In this document: positions 38,206 through 50,877 of the stretch, piece by piece | How positions within the stretch are numbered: the first letter of the stretch is position 1 | Layout of the letters: each line of letters opens with the position of its first letter | From: Sphyrna mokarran | Lineage: Eukaryota | Reading direction: 5' to 3' | DNA length: 64,000 nucleotides | Assembly (NCBI GenBank): GCA_024679065.1 | Contig: JAGIQG010000019.1 | Coordinates: forward strand, 14,570,001-14,634,000 | Made by a program: the position numbers and the translations under genes | Notes under the pieces: model-generated | Seen by the model: the letters and a program-made list of their open reading frames with translations, nothing else | Database searches by the model: none | What the model was told of the DNA's origin: nothing

Positions 38206-38677
38206 ATAACAATAGCACTTGTCAAATCCATGTGGCTGACAACTTCTCCTCCCTTCCTCCGCTGTGCCCTCACTACTGGGAATTTGAGTGGCAACTGTTT
38301 CCCTTCAAATTTGATTCACCTAACTCTGCATGCCTCGCAGTTCAAGAGTTCTGCACTTTCAGTCCCTTGAGCTAATTCAATCACTTTGTCCAGGGATATT
38401 TTAATTCCTGCCAGCAGCTTCTTCTGAATGTTCAAACTATTAACACCACAGTCAAGATAGTCACGCAAACTATAACATAATAATAAACCAAACAAAGAGA
38501 AGTTTTACAACCATTTAACAAAGCTAAGCGCCAAAGCAGAAACCATTTCCCCTGGCTCCCTAACAGCTGAACAAAATTTATAATGTTGCCAATAATGGAG
38601 GGTTAGGGATTGTTGTAATTCATAACTAGTGCAACTAGCTGGTCAAAAGATTTCATATTCGGTGTCTGTGGAGAGAG

Positions 38678-39330
38678 AATTATAGAATTCCTGCAGTGTA
38701 GAAAAAGATGATTCAACCCATCGAGTCTGCACCAATTCTCCAACAGAACATCTTACCCAGGCCCACATCCCACCCCATTCCGTTATTCCTCAACATGTAC
38801 CCCACTAGTTCTCCAGAACCTACACATCTAATGGACGATTTAACATGGCCAATCAATTCAACCTGCACATCCATAGACTGTGGAAAGAAACAGGAGCATC
38901 TGGAGGAAACCCATTCAGACGGGTGGAAAATGTACAGGCTCCACACAGACAGTAAGCCAAACCTGGAATTGAACTGGGTCCCTAACACTATGAGGTAGCA
39001 GTGCTAACTACTGTGCCCTCCTATTTTGTCCATTTTTATCTTTTGAAGAGGAAGTTTGAAATACATTAAAGTTTATTTATTAGTCATATGTAGGGCTTAT
39101 ATTAACACTGCAATGAAGTTATTGTGAAAATCCCCTAGTTGTCACACTTCAGCACCTATTTGGGTTAATGTGTCTAACCAACATGTGGGAGAAAACTGAA
39201 GTACTCGAAGGAAATGCATGCAGACACGGGGAGAATATGCAAACTCCACACAGACAGTGACCCGATGCCAGAATCAAAGCCGGGTCCCTGGCGCTATGAG
39301 GTAGCAGTGCTAACCACTGTGCCACTGCAC
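38678..39330 (-). mobile_element. Two adjacent HE1-like SINEs (CR1 tail 38678-39020; B tail 39065-39330)
   Basis: Two heads and two distinct tails. Confidence 0.8.
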
Positions 39331-39366
39331 CACATAGCTGCAGTCCTGCTCTGCTTGTATGAGGAA

Positions 39367-39668
39367 TACACAGTAAGCAGTCTGACAACACCAGGTTTAA
39401 ATCCAACTGATTTATTTAATAGTAAACTCATAAGCTTTCAACTCTATGGCTTTCATCAGGCAAATAAGGTGTTCTGGTCTCCAACAGCACACATACCAGC
39501 ACAACACAATGTGTTGTTGGAGACCAGAACACCTCATTCGCCTGATGAAGGCCATAGAGTCAAAAGCTTGCGAGTTTACTATCAAATAAATCGGTTGGAT
39601 TTAAACCTGGTGTTGTCAGACTTCTTACTGTGTTTACCCCAGTCCAACGCCGGCATCTCTACATCATG
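39367..39668 (+). mobile_element. Penelope-like insertion with inverted 5' end and hammerhead motif
   Basis: ~120-bp inverted arms (39368-39491 / 39510-39633), ctgatga core, 3' end ccggcatctctacatcatg, TSD tgtatgaggaa. Confidence 0.85.
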
Positions 39669-39913
39669 TATGAGGAAAACCATTTTGAAGGTTAAAGAAT
39701 GCAGGTCTCTGGGGGAAGAGGAGGAGAGTGGGGTTAATTGGATAGCCCTTTAGTGACAGTGATATTCTATCATTTATGAGCAGTGGGTAAATCTAATTTC
39801 AAAGTATAGATGTCTTTGTAGCAACCTAGGGCAATAACAATAGTCAATGTGAAAACCACAAAAAATCATTCAGAAAACAACAGTAAATAACATTTGAGCT
39901 CAGATTTTCTGAC

Positions 39914-40084
39914 CTTGCCCACGGCTAGGATCCTCCAGTCCCTCTGCATTGATTGGAGACTCGGCTGAGAACGAAATTCTCCATTCTTGTTGGCAGCGAC
40001 AATGGGATGCAAATGGCTGGAGAATTCCAGCTTTGTCTTTCCAGTGAAACCATCCTCCAGCATTGGATTCCTCGTGCACAACTC
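39914..40084 (-). CDS. Candidate 171-nt coding exon, unidentified host gene
   Basis: atttctcagtatgtAG|GAG...AAG|GTcaga, length divisible by 3, non-repetitive; frame 0 reads ELCTRNPMLEDGFTGKTKLEFSSHLHPIVAANKNGEFRSQPSLQSMQRDWRILAVGK. Confidence 0.35.
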
Positions 40085-40139
40085 CTACATACTGAGAAAT
40101 TGCCACTTATGCTGGACATGGCAGCTTAGAGTCAAACTT

Positions 40140-40435
40140 TCTAAAGTTTAAATTTATTAGTCACAAGTAGGCTTACATTAACACTGCAATGAAGTTACTG
40201 TGAAAATCCCCTTGTCATCACAGTCCGGCATCTGCTCGGGTATGCTGAGGGAGAATTTAGGATAGCCAATTCACCTAACCCTCATGTTTTTGGACTGTGG
40301 GTGGAAACCGCAGTACCCAGAGGAAACCCACATAGACACTGGGAGAATGTGCAGACTCCACTCAGACAGTGACCCAAGCCGGATCCCTGATGAAGCGAGT
40401 CAGCCGTGCTAACTACTGTGCCTGCCCTTGTGCCG
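40140..40435 (-). mobile_element. HE1-like SINE, B tail
   Basis: tagtcacaagtaggcttacattaacactgcaatgaagttactgtgaaaa plus V-core. Confidence 0.85.
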
Positions 40436-41567
40436 CTCTGATTCTGCAAATTGACAACTAGTCTAGATGAATAGTTACCTTTTTAACTCACTTAAACAAC
40501 TATCTGGATTGACAAATATAGGCCTTCGCTAGCACGGCAGCTGTAATAATCTTGCTGCAAGCAAAACTATCTTCCAGTAATTATCCTTTTAGTAAATGAC
40601 AGACCTGTACACTTGCCCCAGAACTCACTTTCAGCCCAGCAACCCTGTGACACTTTCTAAGGTTGCTAAGTAACAGGACACCCAGTCAAAGACACTGTGG
40701 TCATGCATTTCCTTCATCGAAATTGGGAATTTGAATACATAATTTAAGTTTGCGGCACTAGCTGTTGCTGCCTCTGATTGACTGGGACTGATGGGGCTTA
40801 TTTTAATTTAACCCACCTGGCAGGAAACTAATAGAATTGGATCCTGATTTTGAAATCAATGGAAAATCTAATCAGATAGGGTTGAAAATGTGCATTTTCT
40901 GGCCCTGTCAGTAATCTGTTCAGTGGCTCAGATCAAAATTTGCTCCAGATATTACAATTTATAATTCTCCTAAAATGCATTATGCATTCCACTTTACATA
41001 TCTTCCCTGTTGGAGGTGTTTAATCTTTAGGCACTGACTGAATCTCATAATTACATAGAATTAGAATGTATTTTGTGAAGTGTGTAATCAGTTTGAGATC
41101 AGGGTTTACAACCTAACGTTGAGAACGTGGCATGTTCTTGCTATAGTTTCCTCATTACAGGATCTGTATTTGGCAGCAGGAAGATTAGAACGCCTCAGAA
41201 ATTAGTGTCAAAGGTGCACAGGTTTCAAGCTGAGCTGAGTATTTACTGCATCTGCACTTGAACTGGCTGTCTTCATCATTTTGTTTAACTGTCAGTTAAC
41301 AATGCTGAATCTACTGGTTCCTGTCATGGTGACATTTTATGCTCCAAACACAGTCTTACTGGAGGAAGTTTTCATGCACACAAGGTAACAAATGGTTAGA
41401 ATGGGAATATGTGAACAAATAGTGGTTATCGACTGTGCCCTTGCATGAGGGATGGGGCCAGCAATTTTCCTCAGATCTTATATGCTGTTTCTTTAATGAT
41501 TACATCAATGACCAACTTTGGCAATAAAGCAGGCTTAATTTTCATCATTCAACAAACATGATTTCAT

Positions 41568-42090
41568 GTTTATTTATTAGTGTCATCAGTGGGTTTATAT
41601 TAATACTCCAGTGAAGTTACTGTGAAAATCTCCTAGTTGCCACACTCCAGCACCTGTTCAGACACAGTGAGGGAGAATTGAGCACGGCCAATGTATCTAA
41701 CCAGTACGTCTTTCAAACTGTGGGAACCATGATGTGGAAATGTCGGCATTGGACTGAGGTGGGCACAGTAAGAAGTCTCACAACATCAGGTTAAAGTCCA
41801 ACAAGTTTATTTGGTAACACGAGCTTTCAGAGTGCTGCCCCTTCATCAGGTGAATGACAGTCACCTGAATAAGGGGTGGCACTCTGAAAACTCATGCTAC
41901 CGAATAAACCTGTTGAACTTTAACCTGATTTTGTAAGACTTCAAACAGTGGGAGGAAACCGGAACACCCGGAGGAAACCGACACGGACACTGGAGAACAT
42001 GCAGACTCCTCACATACAGTGATCCAAACTGAGAATCGAACCTGAGCCCTGGCACTGTGACATAGCAGGATAACTGCTGTGTCACCCCAA
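41568..42090 (-). mobile_element. HE1-like SINE, B tail, split by a Penelope insertion
   Basis: SINE halves either side of 41726-41939. Confidence 0.8.
41726..41939 (-). mobile_element. Penelope-like insertion with inverted end and intact hammerhead core
   Basis: Minus strand cacCTGATGAaggggcagcactctGAAAgctcgtg; TSD ttcaaac(t/a)gtggga 41712-41725 / 41940-41953. Confidence 0.85.
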
Positions 42091-43549
42091 TTAACTAAAC
42101 AGGATGTAGCATTTATATTGAGGTGTTTAATGGCTTGGATGTCCATCACTTATTATTATGATTTCTAATATTCCAAAAAAAATGTCATATTTGCAATAGG
42201 ATTTTCAGCTTATGGCACACACAAATTGGGCATTGAGTTGGCAACTGGTTTCCATCCAGAAAATCATGGAAGGTTTGAGTTTCCAATTCAGTTTCCCTGT
42301 TCAAATGGACTGTACAGTGATATATCATCTTAGAATCAAATTATAATAACTGCAATATTCTGAAGCAAACTCTAATGTGTTGGAGCACTTTCAATGCCAA
42401 ACCAAAGGCTTAACCAAGACATGGGCAGAGATCTGATGCCCTCCTGACTAAAATGCTGTTTAGGATGAATTTCAGCTGAATTGGAGATGGCAGATAGACT
42501 TGTGAGCAGTGGGTGGTGGTGCTCTGAAACTTATGTTGCAGCACCCACAGCTAACTCAGCACAGTCACAGAACGGAGCAGGGAAACCAATATTTCCACAA
42601 CCATACAGAGTGGAAAGACAATTATTCAACTAGTAATAATTGCACTTTCACTGATTTTGTTCAGTAACCAATTTGAAGCTGCTTGTGAAGAATAAATAGG
42701 AGTCTGCTCACCTGCTCATCTAGAATTGTTTCAGTAATAAAGATTTTGCTTGGTTTGTGAAGTCATATCCCATTCCAAATTGGAACAGTTTGGAATAATG
42801 TGATTGCCTGCATAATATTTGTTACCAAATCATTTAAAAAAAATATTCAGTAGAATTGGAACCCACATGGCCCACATATATTAAAACCTAGGCATGTAGT
42901 AATGCATTCTGGCAATGAATGGGCAAGTATTAATAATGGAATGAAATACACATAGCTGTGTAACTTATCATCAATGGTAGATTAATACAGCCAAAGAGTA
43001 CACAACCATTAATCACAATGCCTTATTACAGGAATCACCTCAAGCACTTTCTGAAATGGTGACTGGTGTTATGTGGAAAATGATCCTTATACACAACTGA
43101 ACAGCAAGTCAGCCAGCAGAGCTGGTTAGGACTGGGTGATGGTGGCTGGCAGAAAGTCAAGCTTCACTCACACACCGAGAAGTTATTGATAGTTGCACTC
43201 AGAATTTCAGGATATCTGAAAGCGCCAAGTAACTACTTTTGAATTGTAAACACTGTTTCAGTGTGCAAAATTATTCTTAAATGTGCCCCAGTGCTTTGTG
43301 TAAATGGGTTTTCTTCCACGGTGAGTTAAGTGAGTGGGCAAAAAATTGGCAGATAGAGCATAACGTGGGAAAAGATAAGGCTGTCCATTTCGGCAGGAAG
43401 AATAAAAAAGCAAAATATTATTTAAATAGAGAAAAAGTACAGATAGCTGCAGTGCAGGGGTTCTGGGAGGGATGTGAGTGTTCCAGTCCAAGAATCTCAG
43501 ACAGTCAGCATGTAAATTCACTAAATAATTCGAAACGCATTCTATTTTA

Positions 43550-44060
43550 TGCATTCATGGGACATGGGTATGGCTGGCTGGCAGCATTTATTGCTGCTTC
43601 CTAGTTGCCCTTGAGAAGGTGGTGGTGAGCTGCCATCTTGAATCGCTGCAGTCCATGTGCTGTGGGTTGACCCACAATGCCATCAGGGAGAGAATTCCAG
43701 GATTTCGATCCAGCGATAGCAAAGGAATGGTGATATATATTTACAAATCAGTTTGGTGAGTGGCTTGGAGGAGAACTTGCAGGTGGTGTTGTTCTCATTC
43801 ATCTGCTGCCCTTGGCCTTCTAGATGGAAGTGGTCATGGCTTTGGAATGTGCTCCCTGAGGATTGTTGCTAAATTTCTATATTTTGTTGATAGTACACAT
43901 TGGTGCTACTGAGCAGCGATGGTGGAGGGAGAGGATGTTGAGGTGTGGTGCGAATCAAGCAGGCTGTTTTGTCCTGAATGGTGCCGAGCTTCTTGAGTGT
44001 TGTTGGAGTTACAACTGTCCAAGCAATTAGGGAGTATTCCATCACACTCCTGACTTGTAA
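43550..44060 (-). mobile_element. CR1-group LINE 3' end (tail donor of type-C SINE)
   Basis: Minus frame VMEYSLIAW...TTLKKLGTIQDKTACLI; tail gggcaactaggaagcagcaataaatgctgcc...cccatgaa. Confidence 0.7.
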
Positions 44061-44311
44061 TGTGAGGTATATGATGAGGAATCTTTAAATCACAACAGTG
44101 ATTTATTGAGTGATAATTACAACTATATGCAGACAAGCTCAGTACAGATACAGGTCTAGTCCCACTAATTCCCAGGCTCACACTGCAGTTTCCACCTACC
44201 CAGGCCTCTGCTCTAATGCTCAATGAGCTGAGATTTAAATGCTCTGTTCCAATAGATATTGGGGGGGAGTTATGTGACCCATAAAGATCGCCCCCTAAAA
44301 GGGTTCTCACA
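44061..44311 (-). mobile_element. Candidate short solo LTR (Gypsy-like size)
   Basis: TGTGAG...CTCACA terminal inverted ends, AATAAA on minus at ~44102; no TSD. Confidence 0.45.
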
Positions 44312-44314
44312 GAG

Positions 44315-44890
44315 TCTAATCTGCTATTGCAAGGAGAATGTGTATAATAACAGAGAAGTCTTGTTCCATTGTACAGGGCATTGGTGAGACCACACCTGAA
44401 TACCATGTACAGTTTGTCCACATTATTTGAGGAGGTTCATTCTTGCATTGCAAGCAGTTCAGATAAGTTTCACTGTGTTGATTCCTGTGATGACTGGTTT
44501 GTCTTATGAAGAAAGAGTGAGCAGTTTGAGTCTCTACTCAAAGGAGTTCAGAAGAATGAAAGATGATCTTATTGAATTATATAAGATTCTGAGGAGGCTT
44601 GATCAGGCGGATGGTTCCTCTTAAAGGGGAATTAAGAGTTCAGATGAAGGCAAGGAAGAATTTCTTCTGAAGGGTTGCTAATGTTTGGAATTCTTTTCCA
44701 CAGCAAGCAATGGAGGCTTGTTCATTGAATAGATCCAAGGCGATCTTAGACAGATCTTTGATCCACAAGGGTGTTGGCAGTCATGGGGTACAAGCAGGCA
44801 AGAGAAGTTAAGGCCACAATCAGATGTTATTATTGAATGGTGGAGCAAGCTCAATTGGTCGAATGGCCTATTCCTACTCCTTACTCTTAT
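44315..44890 (+). mobile_element. CR1 LINE 3' fragment
   Basis: GLSYEERVSSLSLYSKEFRRMKDDLIELYKIL; tail gaatggcctattcctactcct. Confidence 0.85.
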
Positions 44891-45359
44891 GACTGAAGCA
44901 GGAATTATATGATTAACTATGGAATCCGTCAAAACTCAGGCTTACCCATCTTGTGGACTTGGTGCAACAGTCAACTCTGTTAATCAAAAAATGTTAAATT
45001 CACTCGTAATATTGTCACCATCTAAAAACAATCTTGCTTTAGTTTTAAGCTTACACTTTGTAAGAACTTCATGCAGGAAAGCTTCGTGCTTTTGGAAAAA
45101 AAAATATACATTACAAGCAGCATGTAGCAACTTATTTCACATGTGAAAAAGAAATCCTCATTGCCTACTGGTTAAAATGGCCAAATATTCAGATTCATTT
45201 TGCAATATTGATTAATCTTCTAATTCTCCATCTTGGGGAAAATCTTTGGACCCCAATGACACACATAGTCAGAAATTGGTGGGTGGTGATGGGGGGGAAA
45301 TGGAATGGGTTGGATTCAGGGTGAAGGGAGTGTGGACATGGGGAAGAGCAGGCCACAAA

Positions 45360-45650
45360 CTTTAAAAATTTTTACTAGTCACAAGTAAGTAGTGCTGTAA
45401 TGAAGTTACTTTGAAAATCCCTATTCGTCACACTCCGGAGCTATTCGGGTACACTGAGGGAGAATTTATCATGGCCAATGTACCAAATCAGCACGTCCTT
45501 CAGAATGTGGGAGGAAACTGGAGCACCCAGAGGAAACACACATGGTCATAGGGAGAATGTGCAAACTCCACATAGACAGTGGCCCAAGTCAGGAACCCAA
45601 CCCTAGCATTGTGAGGCAGCCGTGCTAACCACTGTGCCACAGTGCTGCTC
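45360..45650 (-). mobile_element. HE1-like SINE, B tail
   Basis: Head, V-core, B tail. Confidence 0.85.
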
Positions 45651-48297
45651 TTGACCAAATATAGGAAATTACTGTATGACTGTTCTTCATCTTGCTTTCT
45701 GAATCAATTTGAGGCTAATTGTATCTTCCACAGATCACCAGTAAAATCCCACGCATTGACTTAGAAAGTTGATAAAGTTCCTCTTCACTTTCTCACTCTT
45801 CTGAATGTGTCTTCTTTTTTTCCCTCAACCTGGCTTCACAGTTGGAAACAGTCTGTATATTGCATGCCCTCCTTGCTTTGAAACTTCCGTTTTAACAATG
45901 TGACATTGCAATTCCCCATGCTTCCTCTTTCGATCCTCCCTGACAAAGACATTGTTTAGTAAGTGCTGTATTAGGAGCGGTTTCCTGCTGTAGATATGAT
46001 TTCAGATTGTCTGCACCCATCACACTGAGCGTGGCATTCCTGAGAAGCCGCTTGCCAACCTAAATTGGATTGGAACAAGAAAATTGTGAACATTTCACTG
46101 ACACTGCTTGGTACCAAAGCTAAATAGCAAATTAATGTTACTTGGCATTGTGCATTAGCTAAAAAAATCCTCTTAGATTGTACTTATTTTTGATGCACAA
46201 ACAAGATGGATGTAAAACACAGATGTAAAGATCAAATTGTGCCACTTAAAACAGTAAAAAAAATCAGAGGAGCATTTTTAGTTGTGATCTGTGAGGATTA
46301 AAAATAACCATATTGTTAAGTGAATTTGCTTAAACTGAGTTAGGTTAACCTCAGAAATCACAGAAAACATGCTTTGTTTCTTGAACATAAATATGTGTTT
46401 TTTTCTGCTGCCTTGTTCGAATTCACTGCCAGCCTTTAGATTACTCTTTTTGCTTTCCGATACCAAGGGAAAAAATAATTTGTATAGTGTCACCTGTACC
46501 CTCAGGATATTTTAAACAGATAGATTCCTCTTTTCAGTCACGGTTGTCGGGGTGAACATGCCATCCAATTTGCACAATCCCAATTCCTGCAAGCACGATG
46601 TGCACAATGTGTAAATAAAGAGCCACAAGAGTACAAGGGTGTCAGTGCGATGGCTTGCCTGAAAGGTGTCATTTCCAACAGTGTGACACTCATTCAGTTC
46701 TGCAACGAAATGTCAGTCAGTTTCAATCATCTGCTCAAATCTCAGCAGCAGGACACAGACCTGCTCGAACGAGATGGTGGTTTTACCTTTTAAAAAGGCA
46801 GCTTACATTCCGGAACTGCATCAGTCAGGAAGAAAATTGTTAATGTTCTTTAAATTATATGCAGTTAAGAAAACGTAAAGATTTGGGCTGGAATTTGGAG
46901 ATGAAGGCCAGAACCTTACTCTTCTCCCAAGCTGGAGATGGGGGAGAAGGAGTGGGAGGGTAGGCAGAGCTGCAGCATAAAATTACTTGGATGGCATTCC
47001 CTTCAGGACCCCACCCACCCTGATCCAGACATAATTTTATGGTGGGATGGGTAGGGCCTCAGGGGGAGAATTCAGTCTCTCTCCAGTGAAGCACCTTCTT
47101 CTCATCCAGCCTCAGGTTTTAGGTTGGCGGGCGTAGGTCAGAGCAGGGTGGTAAACTGAAAAATAAATACATCTCCATCTCCGGCAGGAAGTGGGATGCT
47201 TCTCAATTTGAAGGCCTGTTCAGATTTGGGGTGACCTTTCCTCCGGCACCTGGATGCTCCAGCCCTCCCTCTCTCTGCCTGCCAGCCTACTGCCCAATAC
47301 CAAGATTGCACTCCTCCCTGCCGATCCCCCCATAGTATTCACTATCTTCCCATCCCCAGGACCAACTGAAATGTGGTCCTGGGTCCTAGGCTGAGACAAT
47401 GTTTTGCAATACCTATACTCATCACGACAGCACAGTGCCTGGCCAGACTGGAGAACTTTCAGCCCCTCAGATTATTCAACAACTCTCCAAGATGGGACTT
47501 CCTCCCAAGAGTAGATGGAAGTATGGCCTACTGCCATCAATGCTCATGGGAATGTGAAATGACAGTAAGCCATGGCAACACTCAGGGTGAAATGTGCTCA
47601 AAATTCATGGCCAAAATTCAGGGGGGGCATGGTGACAGAACGGTTAGCACTGTTACCTTGCAGCACCAGGGATCTGGGTTCAATTTTGACTTTGTGTGAC
47701 AGTGTGGATTTTGCATGATCTTCAACGTTAATATTCCCCTGCCATTTGTCATTCTCACCTCTACCTTTCTCAAGATCATGCATACACTTACTTACCAGGA
47801 CTTCTCCAACAATCCCAAATACCTATCAAGACTTTTCAACAGTCGAGTCGGTGGAGACTCAATGGGCTGAATGGCCTCATTCTGCACTGTACGGATTCTA
47901 TGCTTCAATGGACATACAGGAACCATGCTTCTTAGAATGTCATTGTGACTTGTATCTTGCAGGACCATGGTTCAATCTATTGAGAACCAAATACTTTAGG
48001 GGACTGATCACGCCTGACACATCATTCTGTCATGATCGTCACTGCCCAGAGGGGCTCCCCTGTCCAATGCCAGGGTCACAACATAAACTGCTCTACCATA
48101 AGCCAAACAGCCCCAGGGAATGTGCCCCTTACTTTCACTCTCCCATGGACAGTCTTTTATCTCCTACTTGGAGACAGTCTTTTACTATTCCACTTTGTTC
48201 ATTGACCATGCCCTAATCCTTTTTGAGCGTTCAACTAGGACAGGACACCAGTCCATTGCAGGATATATACTCACACAGACAGACAATTTGAGGGACT

Positions 48298-48705
48298 ACC
48301 TGTCTGTGTGGAGTTTACACATTCTCCCCATGTCTGCATGGATTTCCTTCAGATGCTCCAGTTTCCTTCCACAGACCAAAGATGTGCATGTTAGGTGTAT
48401 TGGCATGCTAAATTTTCCCTTAATGTACCCAAGCAGGCGCCAGAATGTGGTGACTATGGGATTTTCAAAGTAACTTCATTGCAGTGTTAATGTCAGCCTA
48501 TTTGGATCTAATAAATAAACTTTACTTATTTAGCGAGGCCAATTGACCTAACCTGTACTCCTTTGGACCGCAAGGGAAAACTGGAGCATCTGCTGGAAAC
48601 CCATACAAGCACAGGAAGATTATGCAAACTCACACAGAGAGACATCCGAGGCCAGAATCGAATCCAGGTTCCTGGAGCTGTGAAGCAACAGTGCTGACCA
48701 TGCCC
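48298..48705. mobile_element. Two HE1-like SINE pieces tail to tail
   Basis: Plus B-tail copy 48298-48530, minus copy 48530-48705. Confidence 0.75.
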
Positions 48706-49479
48706 CTTAATGCGTGATACATTCTTTCAAACTGCTTCTCTTTATTCTAACAGAGAGGTTAATCTGAATAATGATTCAATTAAAATAACGGAGAAAAATT
48801 TGACAAAAGGATCTTAAGTAATCATAGAATAATATTAGCAATAATAACTTGTGGCTTAAAGTCACACCTTTAAGGTTATATTCTGAAAGCAGCATATATA
48901 TTACTAATTATATCAACTGAAACTTTACTTATCTTCTGACTCAAAGGCCTCTTTCCTGAATAAATTAGAGAATATTAAATTTTCAGATCCTCTGGGATGT
49001 GCTTCCTGTAAGTGCAGTCACTGTTTTCTTTATCATTATTCAATCAGAGCAAATCAAAAAACAATCTACTATATTTCTACCTCTCTTTGGTTCTGCATAC
49101 AGGCAAACTCTGTTTCTCTCACTATAGATGCTGCCAAACGTGTTAAATTTATCCAGCATTTTCTACCTCTATTTCAGATTTCCGTATTTTGCTTTTAATC
49201 AGATCAAAAACCAATCCTTTATTGAGATGTTTTCTCAGTCAGTGTAAAAGTGTTGTCTTGGGAAGCACGGCCTGCCAATCAAATGTACCCAGAAATTAAA
49301 AGCAATGATGACATTTAATGTCAATCCATTTCTTTGAAATAAAACTGAGAAATTCCCAGGCTTTATTAACAAAATCTATTCCATGGTACTTTAGTCAATA
49401 GTTTTTTTAAAAGCTCCATATGCACAATCAACCATAACACCACTATTCACTTTCTCCATTACCTCATCAAAGAACTTGA

Positions 49480-49780
49480 TCATAGAACCCTACAGTGCAA
49501 AAGGAGGCCCCTTGTGTCTGCACCAACCACAACCCTCTCATAGCCTCAAGCATTTTATCATAGCTATTCTCCTGACACTAACGGGCAATTTAGCATGGCC
49601 AATCCATCCAACCTGCATATCTTTGGACTGTGGGAGATAAGCCAGAGCAGCTGGAGGAAACCCATACAGACACAGGGAGAATCTGCAAACTCCACGCGGA
49701 CAGTGACCCAAGGCCAGAAGTGAACCTGGGTCTGTGGCACTGTGAGGCAGCAGTGCTAACCACTGTGCCACCGTGCCGCT
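49480..49780 (-). mobile_element. HE1-like SINE (CR1 tail)
   Basis: agcggcacggtggcacagtggttagcactgctgcctcacag head on minus. Confidence 0.9.
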
Positions 49781-50399
49781 CCACCATGCACAGAGACAGA
49801 GAGATAGTTCCTGAATTTTCATTGGTGAAAAGTTAGTGAAACACAATTTGCTTTTATCAAATTCTTGGGTGGAATTTTTCAGCCGCACATGCCATTGTGG
49901 GCTTAAAAAAAGAAAAATAGAATATTCTGTAAAAAATGCGAAACTTGTAAATGTTAACAATCAGAGAAGCTTAGGTTACTTGTGACACTAATAAATAAAT
50001 TTTATTTATTGTATTTACTTTATGTGTCTCCAGGCCTTCAGCAATGCAGTTGACTATTAATTGCCCCTGAAATGGTCAAAAAAGCCGCTCAGTTCAAGGG
50101 CAATTGGGCGGTGGAGGTGGGGATGGGGGAGGGGTGGGTGGGGAATGGGGAGCAACAAATGATGGTTTCACCATTGATACCCACATCCCACAAAAGAATT
50201 AAAGATTGTATGGTCTTCTCCTACTCCTGTTTCTTTTAATCATTCTCCTGAGATTTGCTTTCATCTGGTGAAGAACAGTTGGAAGCTGACACGATTTTTC
50301 AATGCATAGAAAAGATGCCCATTGACAAGATGCTAGAATCATTATGCAAATAATGCCTCCTTGAAGGTATGGAGGACTAATTTTCTCAAATATATTATT

Positions 50400-50750
50400 A
50401 GGGCAATGACCTAGTGGTATTATTGCAAGGCTATTAATCCAGAAACTCAGCTAATTTTCTGAGAACTGTGTTTGAATCCCACCATAGCAGATGCTGGAAT
50501 TTGAATTCAATAATAGAAACAAAATCTGGACCTAGGAATCTATTGATGACCATAAAACCTGTTATTAATTGTTGGAAAAACCCATCTCATTCACTAATGT
50601 CCTTTAGCGAAGGAAATATGCCATCCTTGCCTGATCTGTCCTACACGTGACTCCAGTCACAGCATTGTGGTTGACTCTCAATTCCCCAGGGATGGGCAAT
50701 AAACACTGGTCAGCCAGACACGCTACGTCCCATGAATTAATAAAAAAAAT
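50400..50750 (+). mobile_element. Type-C tRNA-derived SINE
   Basis: ctagtggtattattgc...tttgaatcccaccatagcag...gggatgggcaataaa...cccatgaattaataaaaaaa. Confidence 0.8.
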
Positions 50751-50877
50751 GTATAAAGTGCACAGGTGAAATCTCCTTTCACTTTGGCTCTACCCATGTG
50801 CTAATAAGCCGGAGCAGCTGAAACAAAATGAATTTACAATGACTAGGTTGTGCTTCGGATGTTCCATTTGGCTAGAA

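Noticed and set aside
4395-49960. Recurrent ORFs such as MAQWLALLPHSARDPG and tRNA-like A/B boxes
   Set aside because: Translations and heads of HE1-like SINEs, not genes or tRNAs
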